The notes under the pieces are model-generated. The model saw only the letters and a program-made list of their open reading frames with translations, was not told the DNA's origin and made no database searches. Below are positions 12,859-22,343 of a stretch of 64,000 nt of DNA, in pieces. The first letter of the stretch is position 1. Every line of letters begins with the position of its first letter. A program made the translations under genes and the position numbers. Source of the stretch: Macrostomum lignano (taxonomy: Eukaryota); assembly GCA_002269645.1 (NCBI GenBank), contig NIVC01000527.1:416257-480256 (forward strand). The letters run 5' to 3'.

Positions 12859-15489
12859 CTAATCATCCACCCCGTCCCCATCTGGCGCCAGCTCAACGCA
12901 CAGCCGGTCATTGCGCAGCCCCATAGAGAAGGTTCGGCCGGGCAGGTAGAAGTCGTGACTGTGCCGGTCGTAGCGCGGCCCAACGGAATCGGTCACGTGA
13001 CAGTTGTGCGCCACAGCCGCCGCCGAGTTGGACATGACCAAGCAGGTGCGCACGGGCGCCTCGGCGAAGCCAACAAAGGTGGCGAAGTTGTTGCTGAGCT
13101 CGGCGTGCGCCTGGCTGACAAATTCAACGGAGTGGTGGCCCGCCCGGAGGCTCGCCTGAGCGTTGAGCGCCGCCCCGATGGAGTTCAGGACTCGGGAGGC
13201 TGCGTCCCGATTCCAAATGCTCACCGACAGGGAGCCGGAGACACTCAGGGCCGCGGAGCCGGTCAGAGCCGCCTGCACAATCAGGCCGTTCTGCAGGTGC
13301 AGTCGGGTTGCAAAGTCGTGCAGCTGGAAACTGGCTTGCAAGACGTTGACCGGCTCCTCGGGAGCATTCCACACGGCCGACATCAGCCCGGAGCTGCCCG
13401 TGAAGAAGCGCCGAGGCCGCAGCCACTCACCCAACACGCTCAGCTGCAGGCCGGCTGTGGCCTCCTCGAGGAGCTCGTCATCCGGACTGGCTGCGCTGCC
13501 CTGGCCGCCACCGCCGCTGTCCAAGAGGCTGTCGACGGCGTCCGCGTACAGTCTCACGCCGAGAATGTCCAGCCCCGCTGATTGGTCGGAACTGTTGAAG
13601 GCCAGGCGAAAGTCGGACAGGCGAATACCGCCGAGCTTGTTGCCGAGGAGGTCAAACTCAAAGCCGACGTTTCCGTCGCGAAAAAGCAAGCCCCGTCGGT
13701 AGGCGGACGAGGTGAGCGGCTCCAGAATTTCCTCTGGGCCGGAGGGCAGCTGCCGGCTGTGGCGCCGGCGAATCGGCAGCCAGAGATCTGCGCTCCGACG
13801 CAGGCGTTCGGTACATTCAGGACAGGCCACCGGGCCGCCCAGAGCCGCCGAGATGGCGTAGCGCATCGGGTTGCTGAGCGGTACGTGGCGCTGGCGGAGC
13901 AGCCCAACAAGGTGGCTTCGCTGCTGGACGTCCAGTGGGCCAGAGACTTGCAGAACGCGAAGTCGTGCCACGGTAGCCTGGGAGCCAGCGGTGCCGTTCG
14001 CCAGGAGGCCACGCAGAATCGGCGTCCGGTAGAGGGGGCTGGGGCAGTTGGACATGGCGGACAGGACCGCCAGCTGGCAGTCGATGTCCTCGACGGCTTC
14101 GCAAGCAGCCAGGCGGTCCAGCAGCAGGCCTGAAACGTCTGAATTTCTTTTGTTTGCCGCCGCCCACTTTCTGCTAAGCGTTGCCAGCGCGTGCAGAGCG
14201 GACTGCGCAGCTTCAGTTCGTTTGGCGGCCTCGAGGCGTGCCAGGAGGTCCCGGGCTCGCTCCAGCAAGGGTCGGCCTACTCGGCTTACCTGGGCAACCG
14301 AGAGCAGCAGCCGCTCCAATACGGAGTCGTCAAGATTGTCAAGATTCTTAGCAACAAAGTCGAACAGGGCGCCAAGGCAAGGTCTGGTGCCACAGGCCGC
14401 AAACAGTTCCAGCACCGCGGGAAGCTGCCACTTGCCCAACGCCAGCTCCAGTTGCCGCCGAAGCGCCGCCTGATCGCGCGCTCCGCGAGCCAGCGGTAGA
14501 CCTTGCACCAGCGACAGAGCCTCTGCTGAATGGCTCGCCTGGCCGGCCGTCTGAGCTGCCAGGCGAGACAGGAACTCAGCCAGGCGAGCTGCGGTGTCCG
14601 GTCTGTCGGCTGTCTCTGGTGATGTTGGCAGGGCGACCTCTCGGGTTGGTCTGCCAGTAGACTGCAGGTAAGCGGAGAGGGTCTCAAACTCTGGGACAGG
14701 TGCAGCCGTGGCTGGCTCGGCTTTCAACAAGGTTAGACGGCTGCTGGACGTCACTCGGAGGCCAAAATCGCCGGGTAGTCGGAGAGGCAGCAGCTCGTGA
14801 CTTTCGCTGGCTGACACTGACACTGGCTGGCCGTTGCTGTTATCGCTGAATTCTAGAACGGTGACCGAGCTGGCCGGGTTGCGGCGGCGGACGGCGAACA
14901 GCGGATTGACGGAGTCCCGCTCGCCGGACAGCTCGACGTTTTCGCACGCCTCGGCGCGCTTCTCCAGCCGCCGCTTTCCGTTCTCCGACGGCAGCGAGGT
15001 GAACGACAGGCCGCACTCTCCCATGGTGTCGGCGACTCGCTCCACGGACTGGCCGTTGGCGTCCTGGTAGCGCAACAACGAGGCCACACCGCGGGCCAAA
15101 TTCAGCCACAACTGTTCGACACGCTCCGGCGCGACCACGGAGCCGAACCAGGCCGGCATGCTGGGCTCCTGAGCGGTCAGCAGGAACTCCGAGTCGGCTG
15201 GCGGTTGTGCGTCAGTCGCTGCTGCCGCCAGGCCGTTGCTCATGGATGCCGTCAGGAAGCAAAGCCTCAGGGCTGACAGTCCATTGGCGAACTTCAGGCG
15301 CACCAAGCTCAGATTGGATTTGAAAACCAGCCGACCAGCGTGTTTGGCGTCTGTCTGCTGCTGCAGCTCGCTCAGTACAGTGTCGGTCTCGTACTGGTAG
15401 GTGTACTGCACGCCAGGCTCAAATGCGATGCTCAGCTGTGCGCATACACAAGCCAAGTATAGCCAGCAGAGCGAATGACTGCGCAGCAT
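12859..15489 (-). CDS. MTTP: Microsomal triglyceride transfer protein large subunit (LLTP/vitellogenin_N family), single exon, 876 aa
   Basis: Signal peptide followed by YTYQYET (LLTP N-terminal beta-barrel start). The C-terminal block FFTGSSGLMSAVWNAPEEPVNVLQ...LHLQNGL...SVSGSLSVSIWNR...PVRTCLVM...FSMGLRNDRLC is collinear with the MTP C-terminus as I recall it. Length fits MTP rather than vitellogenin or apoB. Confidence 0.87.
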   Translation of the reverse strand: MLRSHSLCWLYLACVCAQLSIAFEPGVQYTYQYETDTVLSELQQQTDAKHAGRLVFKSNLSLVRLKFANGLSALRLCFLTASMSNGLAAAATDAQPPADSEFLLTAQEPSMPAWFGSVVAPERVEQLWLNLARGVASLLRYQDANGQSVERVADTMGECGLSFTSLPSENGKRRLEKRAEACENVELSGERDSVNPLFAVRRRNPASSVTVLEFSDNSNGQPVSVSASESHELLPLRLPGDFGLRVTSSSRLTLLKAEPATAAPVPEFETLSAYLQSTGRPTREVALPTSPETADRPDTAARLAEFLSRLAAQTAGQASHSAEALSLVQGLPLARGARDQAALRRQLELALGKWQLPAVLELFAACGTRPCLGALFDFVAKNLDNLDDSVLERLLLSVAQVSRVGRPLLERARDLLARLEAAKRTEAAQSALHALATLSRKWAAANKRNSDVSGLLLDRLAACEAVEDIDCQLAVLSAMSNCPSPLYRTPILRGLLANGTAGSQATVARLRVLQVSGPLDVQQRSHLVGLLRQRHVPLSNPMRYAISAALGGPVACPECTERLRRSADLWLPIRRRHSRQLPSGPEEILEPLTSSAYRRGLLFRDGNVGFEFDLLGNKLGGIRLSDFRLAFNSSDQSAGLDILGVRLYADAVDSLLDSGGGGQGSAASPDDELLEEATAGLQLSVLGEWLRPRRFFTGSSGLMSAVWNAPEEPVNVLQASFQLHDFATRLHLQNGLIVQAALTGSAALSVSGSLSVSIWNRDAASRVLNSIGAALNAQASLRAGHHSVEFVSQAHAELSNNFATFVGFAEAPVRTCLVMSNSAAAVAHNCHVTDSVGPRYDRHSHDFYLPGRTFSMGLRNDRLCVELAPDGDGVDD

Positions 15490-16186
15490 GCTTGCTTCGT
15501 TGGTAATGCAAAGTTCGCTTCGCTGGTAAAGTATTCACCCTTTAACTTCTGGTCTCTCTCCGTTCCCGCGTGCAGTTCCAGATGCGCAGCTTTTAAGCCG
15601 GGACGAGCCGAACCCTGACCCCGCTGTCTGCCTCTCTCCCTCCAGTCTTTCAGGCCACGTCATCATTAACAAAGCCAGCTCTCGAAACCCTTGCAGCGCC
15701 GCAGATAAGGCGATCCGATCGCTCTCCTGTCCGTACATCTCTCACCCCCACTCTCTCCTATCATGCAAACCTGTGTGCAGAGCCTCCAGCCGTAGCTTCC
15801 TGTGGCTGCCGGCAATGTGCGCTCGCTCAGATTCGATAAGGATAAGAGCGTTCAGACCGGCATTGGCTGGCCAGAGCGCTTGGTCAGGATTGCTGGATTG
15901 CTGTGCAGATACGGTTCGTATTGTGCAGACGTTGCACATTTTACTGATCCATATCAGCATTTGACTCCTCTAGTATTGGTGCACGTCATTTCAGCGTATT
16001 TACACGCGTAATCCTACTGAACTCAGTAGTAGTCTAATCAAGTTACGTGCATAAAAAACTCAAATTTACAACTGTGATACGAGGTTTGAAAAAAAGGATT
16101 GAATTTAGCTTCTGAATCAAAAACGGCCTGTTGCGCATTTGTCCCTCGTGGAGTTTTTTATCTACGAGCTAGATGGGCAAAATCAG

Positions 16187-16375
16187 GAGAGGGGAGAGGT
16201 GAGAGAGATAAGACAGATGAGGTGAGATTAGAGATAAAATAAGAGAAGAGATGACAGAGAATATGAGAAGAGAGAGAAAAGGAGATGAGAGAGGAGAAAG
16301 CTGAGAAGAGACACAAACCTTGAGCGGGCCAGATTGCTATTGGAAAGTTTCAAAGGACCCGAGGGCCGGATAGAG
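16187..16375 (+). repeat. GA-rich tract plus 59-bp core; left copy of an inverted repeat pair
   Basis: Core 16317-16375 matches the reverse complement of 19554-19612 at 48/59 positions without gaps; a purine tract lies outward of it. Confidence 0.75.
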
Positions 16376-17373
16376 GCTTTACGGAAGATAAACAAGACGG
16401 TGCGTCTGGGTGCTCACTGATCTCAGACATTTGGCAGACTAAATTAGCTGTGGATCTCAGATTAATTTACTCAACTACTGGAATTACTACTGTTACATAA
16501 GACGTACATCGAACTGCCTTACTGGGCAAATTTGAAGCCCGTTGTGTTTTCTGCTCTTTGTTTTTCAGCGCAGATCTGGGCCCGTTGTTGGCGAGGCCAC
16601 TGCAGCTGTTGGACGCCCGGAGACAATATCGAATTTCCAATGCCATTAGGGCGAATCCACCGGCATGCAGGTGAGCCATGGAGCTGGGCTGGAAGAAAAT
16701 TGAAAGCGGAGGAAAAATCGTTGAGCTTATCAGAAACAAGAAGCTTCGCTGCGAGAGCGGCGGAGGATGGGGAAGGGGAGTTCGAGCTAAACTAATTAGC
16801 AGGGGTTGCGGAGGCCGGAGCCGGGCCACCTGGAACGCGGCGGTAGTTTTCCAGCCGGGAGTGTCGAAGAGCTGCAGGCGCAGAAACCAATCGCGCGTGG
16901 CAAGAATTCGACAGCAATAATTCTTCTCCAGCCTGGGGAAACTGCCGGTGCGAGAGGAGCTCGATACTGCCGGAGCCTGGCACTCTCCTTCCTCCCTACT
17001 GAATTCGCAGTTTTGCCTCTTTATTCATTGGCTCTTGCTTGAGTTTAAGATTAACCAATGAAAATATGGCGACTCTATGGATGCTAATTCATGTATAGCT
17101 AGCGCTCTGAAGTGTCGCTTTGAAAAGTGAAAAGAAGCTGTCAACTTGATTTATTATTTACTGAGTGGCTGAGCAAAGTGCCTTCTTTGCTTCGCTTGAC
17201 TCGCATGTCAAATTGAGATTCCTCAAAAGTGAGCAAACACAGAGCTTCAACCTGGCTGGCAGCCGCTCATGCGGTGTCACGCCCAGTCAGCAACAACAAG
17301 TGGCAGTGCAACATTTCAAATAGGCTGCTGGCCCTGGAGCAGCCCGATAGAAATCTGCTAGCGGCTGTCCAGA

Positions 17374-18480
17374 ATGTCTCTGATCCTTGTTTTCCCGCTG
17401 CTTTTACTGTTCATGCCCGGCTGCTGCAGCCGGCTGCTGGCGGCCGCAGTCGGCAACGCGAACGCCACCTTCTTGGTGGCCGGCTCCGGCCAGGCCGGGA
17501 TGTTCCTCAGACCCGACGGGCCGCAGTTCAAGGCTCCGCCGAGCCAAGAGCTGACGCTGCGCCAGCTCTATGACTGCTTCGCCGTTCTGGACGCCGTCTG
17601 CCTGACCGGCGGATTTGACGGCCTGCTCAGGCTCGACACAGATGGCAGGACAACCGCACAGTGGAACGCCGAGCACAGTCTGCTGAGCAGCCTCCGGTCC
17701 GCTCTGTTTGCCGCGCACAGTCCAGACCGGCCGGCCGAGCGGCTCGCCCTCTGCTTCATCCTGCAGACACCGGACATCTTCGACCAGACCCGGCCGAGAC
17801 AGGACCCGGTGTGTTTGCACTTTGCTGGGGGCGGCTTCGACTTGGAGAAGGCCATCCTGCCGGCCCAGCGGACCCTGTGCCGCATCGGGGGCGGTGAGTC
17901 GGACACCGTGTTCTTCCTCTGTCAGCGCCCCGCGCCGCCACTGCCACCAACCACGCCACCACGGCCTGGGCGAGCGTCCGTGCTGGTGCCGGACCAGCTG
18001 GAACCTCTGCCGCCGGAAGAAGCTGCAGCATCGGCATCGGCGTCAGCGTCAGCAGCGGCGTCTGTCGCTCGAATTCGCTGCGCCCTGATGTGGTTGGCCG
18101 GCTCGCTGACAGCCCTGGTGGCTCTGCTGGCGGCCTGCCTGCTGCTGCACGCGGTCGCCCAGGGCCGCACCAGCCAGCGCCAGTCAACTGTGGCGGCCGC
18201 GGCGGAGGCCGCCGCACTGCCGGACGCCTCCCTGTTGATGTCGTCATCAACGCTGCCCAGATCAGCGCCAGCGAATCGGCGGCAGACTCAACACGGCGGC
18301 AGAGGCGCCGCCACCACCGAGAAGGCGGCGCTGATGCTGACCATCGGGCGCGACGAGGACGAATTCGCGGCGTGCGGCGCGGACGAGGACAGGGAGACTG
18401 GGTCGCCGGCCGGCAGTCAGTGCGGCTTCTGCCGAGCGCATGGCGGTCGGCTGCCACCAGCTGCTGAGTGCCGCCTTTGA
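17374..18480 (+). CDS. Uncharacterised single-exon type I membrane protein, 368 aa
   Basis: Hydrophobic N-terminus MSLILVFPLLLLFMPGCC, Cys-containing ectodomain, Pro/Ala stalk, TM ALMWLAGSLTALVALLAACLLLHAVA, ~100-aa tail. GC3-rich codons as in neighbouring genes. No family recognised. Confidence 0.65.
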   Translation: MSLILVFPLLLLFMPGCCSRLLAAAVGNANATFLVAGSGQAGMFLRPDGPQFKAPPSQELTLRQLYDCFAVLDAVCLTGGFDGLLRLDTDGRTTAQWNAEHSLLSSLRSALFAAHSPDRPAERLALCFILQTPDIFDQTRPRQDPVCLHFAGGGFDLEKAILPAQRTLCRIGGGESDTVFFLCQRPAPPLPPTTPPRPGRASVLVPDQLEPLPPEEAAASASASASAAASVARIRCALMWLAGSLTALVALLAACLLLHAVAQGRTSQRQSTVAAAAEAAALPDASLLMSSSTLPRSAPANRRQTQHGGRGAATTEKAALMLTIGRDEDEFAACGADEDRETGSPAGSQCGFCRAHGGRLPPAAECRL

Positions 18481-19553
18481 CAAAACAGCTTAGTTGACTT
18501 AGTTAACAAGAATCTTTACTGACTCTCTGTACATACAGTAGTACGAGCTACATCAAGTTTATCTCCTAAAGTCTCGATTTATTGTTCAGTAAAAAGCAAA
18601 ACGAGACGTATATGTACACTCGTATAGGAAGACCCTATTCATTCAATTCCTCGCCCAATATCAAGAAGCAATAGGCCCTAACTTGTCGTTTTGACTCGAA
18701 GCTACAACGTTAAGAAATATACAAAACCCTCCCCGAATTCACGCTGTCACGCGGCACGAAAATTAAGCAATGTCTTAAACTATACTGATTCCAGTAACAT
18801 GTGCAGGAAGCACGAGCATGTAAAAGTGCCGTCACGATCGTCGTGCCACATCCAGGTCTAAATTTCATTGATAAATGCGTCTGTGGCATGCAGGGACATG
18901 GATTTTAATAAGAATCGAATCGGGCTTTAAATCAAGTTCAAACACAGGCTCATTGTACTTGCGTATAGCCTTCTATAAGCTCGCAGTCGCCAAGGGCGTG
19001 TTCTCCTCTTTACCGTTTAGAGCGGAGCGAAGACACGCGACATACAGCAGACATATGAAGCCCTGCATTAGCTGGGGAACGCGCAATCTAAATCAGACAA
19101 GGGAGTGGCCTGCGGTACTGCGGGGGGACAATAAAGGCTGTCTCAGTAAAGCATGAATGGATCAACGGCAGCCCTTCAGGGCAAAGAGGTCACTGACTGT
19201 ATGCATACTAGACGCCCCAAGAGGCTGTACAGATAAATTGCAGTAATCTAAGTAATCGTTTAATAACAATAATAGCGTATTTTCTATGCATAACAAGAGC
19301 TGGATAAAGATGCCATATATGTGCAGCAATTTGACTTTCTAATCGTCAGGTACTCTCTGTGCCTTGGGGGGGGGGGTTGGCCCTCAACATGGCTGTGAAT
19401 TGCACAACCCTCCGGTCAATTTTTCTACAGAAGTCGCCCTCAGAGCTGCTGCCGCCCCACTGATAAAGGCATCAAACCCGCTATAAATTTACGTAATTAT
19501 CACTGCAGTCTCTTGAAGTTACAGTTACGATCGTAACAAATAGATACCTCTCT

Positions 19554-19700
19554 CTCTATCCAGACCTCGGGTTATTATAAACTTCACAATAGAAATCCGG
19601 CCCACTCAAGGTCGTCTCTTTTCTTCTCTCTAATCTCCTCTCCTCTCCTCTGTTCTTTCTCCTATCTCCCTTCTCTTTCCTCTCCTCTCTCCCCATCCTC
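19554..19700 (-). repeat. 59-bp core plus CT-rich tract; right copy of the inverted repeat pair
   Basis: Reverse complement of the 16317-16375 core (81% identity), followed outward by a pyrimidine tract. Confidence 0.75.
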
Positions 19701-20316
19701 TGGCCCGCAGTCACGCGCTAGAGGTAAAAAAGTTTGCAGACCCTGCTTGCGGAGATGGACCAAAACAGAGCAGAAGGGAAGGGCTGCATGAAGACCATGC
19801 GATCAAAGTGAGAATTGCTCGCACTGCGGCACGCGATCCCCCCGCGACCGGGGGCTGGGCAGACGTGACCGAAACTATGAAGCTTAAGGAGGCTGCATTC
19901 GGCAAAGCAACATCGCTCCCATTTTCCGTGAGAACAAAAGCGGATAAAAGCAACTATAAAAGGAAATATCAGTCGGAAAAAATCACAAGAAACTGCAACA
20001 AAGCTTGGCAAAGCGAATGATTTGCTTCCACGTACGCGCAAAAGTGATCCTTGCCACTTTCTCATCATCTTTCCTCAATCAGTATGTATTTGTACATTAA
20101 TTGAAAACGGCTCAATCATGCTACTATCAGTAGGCAATTTTACAAAAATGAAAGCCGCTGCGCTGCCGCTTTTCCTTCAATCAATTCAGTTTCTATGTGA
20201 AGGCCAAAAGCGTCTGTCGGCAGCAGGTGAAAGCAAACAAGATTAGAACTCAGAACAGTCTCTGGAATGCAATAGAATGTTGGGATGAGATCCCTTCAGA
20301 GAAATGGCATGCACTG

Positions 20317-20982
20317 CTATTGCAAAACTAAAACTACTAGCTTATTGGGAGTCGTCAACCCCGCTGCCGGACGGTGCATCTGCAGAGACGGGGCGGCGGC
20401 GGCGGCAGACAGCCGAGCCACCAGCAGGTCCTTCCACTCGCGCTCGGGCAGGCGGTGCGCCCAGTCTGGCGCCGCGCCGGCCGGCAGGCGGACGCCGCGC
20501 ATCGCCTCGCGAATTTTGGCGGCCTCGGCCTCGCTGATGCCGGCGGCTGGCCGGGGCGGCCCGCGCCACACGGCCGCCAGGGAAGAGGCCGGGTCGGCCG
20601 GCGGCGGCTGGGCGAACACCGACAGAGAGTCGCTGCCGGCGCCGCCGCTGCCAGATGGCAAAAGTTCGTCCGCCGCCAGCTGTCGCTCGATCAGCCGGTC
20701 GAGGCCGGGAGTCTCGACAGACTCGGCCTCTTCAATTTCGGCGCCTGCCTCTGCTGCGTGCTCGTCTGGAAAATGCTGAAAATCAGCATTGCCCGAAACG
20801 TGTTCTGAATCAGAGTCGGAATCATCGGAGTGCGTGGAACCAATGGGAGCATAGCCATACATTTCATACTGCTGCTGCTGCTCAGAATCTTCAACATCGC
20901 CATCAATGCCATCAGCTGTGCCTGCCAAAACTGATTCATCAGTTGTGGCTGCATTGCCTGTTGGGCTCTGGCAGGGCATCAT
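20317..20982 (-). CDS. MEA1: Male-enhanced antigen 1 (MEA1) family protein, single coding exon
   Basis: Acidic low-complexity N-half with YGYAPI; C-terminal signature AKIREAMRGVRLPAGAAPDWAHRLPEREWKDLL matches the MEA1 pattern M-x3-LP-x4-P-x-WA-x6-W. Start placed at MMPCQSP, 6 nt after a TTTCAG acceptor. Confidence 0.8.
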   Translation of the reverse strand: MMPCQSPTGNAATTDESVLAGTADGIDGDVEDSEQQQQYEMYGYAPIGSTHSDDSDSDSEHVSGNADFQHFPDEHAAEAGAEIEEAESVETPGLDRLIERQLAADELLPSGSGGAGSDSLSVFAQPPPADPASSLAAVWRGPPRPAAGISEAEAAKIREAMRGVRLPAGAAPDWAHRLPEREWKDLLVARLSAAAAAPSLQMHRPAAGLTTPNKLVVLVLQ

Positions 20983-21479
20983 TGGAAGCTGAAATAGTAA
21001 AGTCATTGTATTATAGTCAGATTATATTCATTAATCATAGATCAGGGCACCATTGAGGTGTATCAATTCAATCAATTCAAGCCTGAGAGCCAAACCAACC
21101 AAATATGTCTACAATGACACTGGTATATTTAAGTCATAGACTGTAACCTAACTCAGAAATAAATAAAAATTATAAGATATTGAATCTACTTTTTTGTAAA
21201 TAAAAATGCTATTATCAAATTTCATGATAAAATAAAGCTTGTTTTATGTAGGCCTAGTGGATATCTATAGGCCTCTAAGTCAGGCTACAATAAAAGCTAA
21301 AGCCAAAGGGAAATGATTAGGCCTATAATATAGACCTAATGTTAAAATAATAATATCATTATTTGATTAAATATTAATTAATATAAAAATAGCTATTATG
21401 TTGCTAATTAATAGTAGAAAGAGAGTAGATATAATAGAGATTTAGTGTTGTGGCCATCTTGGTATATGGCTGCACATCC

Positions 21480-22300
21480 GCCGTGTCTATTGTTAAGAAC
21501 ATGTGCCCATTGCCTTAAATTTTGATAAGCCAAAGGGACCGCCGAATTTTTTGGATTATATTCAATAGCCATGTTCGCTGTGTCTCTAACCTCTAAGTGT
21601 GGCGTAGGCCTATTAACAAATATTGATATAAGTCGAATACATTATGAACTTATACACATGTAATGACTGTCGCCCTTTTTGATCTGCCGTCCTTTTGACC
21701 TGTAGCCTCTATAAATACCTATAGAAAGGGAAGCTGAAGAATAACAAGGCGCAAGGTAAGAGCAGCGATCTGAGCGTTGCTGACCATTGACCAGTTAAAG
21801 AAGCATTGCTAGGCTTTTAGGCACACGCACAAGTTGCAACTTTTTCCCAAGCTATTTCGCGTAAAAACACTCGTTTGAAAGAAAAAGACACGACTGCGTG
21901 GCAATGTATTACAAAATTTACTCAACTTTGTGTAAAACTATACCTAATTTCTGTCTAGATTAATTATGATACGAAATTTATAATTAGTTTAGGCGGAAAT
22001 ACTTTGTTTAGCGCTTATTATTTTTTAAAGTTCAAAAGTTTTCTGCAATATTAAATCCGCGAGCTCACACGTCATTTATTATTAATTCAAACGGGATTCC
22101 ACGAGACTCTCTTTATTAATGTTGCTTGATTTCTGATATCTAACTAATTTCTGTTCTAAATATTTTATTTAGTTCTGTTTTTTATTTTTTTAAAGCTGAC
22201 TATTTAATATCCGTCACTTTTATTTACTGCCAAGCCAACGCGTGTGGAAATCGTCGTGTTGAGCTACTTGGAGTTTGAATCATTCGGCTAGCAGGTTGCA
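21480..22300. promoter_or_regulatory. Probable bidirectional promoter for MEA1 and cornichon; CpG-retaining island with TATAAATA at 21710-21717
   Basis: Divergent ATGs are 1362 bp apart. This segment has many CpGs while the flanks have almost none. A candidate donor AAG|GTAAGA (~21755) lies downstream of the TATA-like motif. Confidence 0.5.
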
Positions 22301-22343
22301 TTAAATAGTCTTTGAACTTGATTTTCATTTGTTGGAGAAAACA

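Noticed and set aside
12955-15109. Many overlapping antisense or alternate-frame ORFs over MTTP (likewise over 17.4-18.5 kb, 20.3-21.0 kb and the Gypsy ORF)
   Set aside because: These are shadow ORFs expected from GC-rich coding sequence, with no recognisable motifs.
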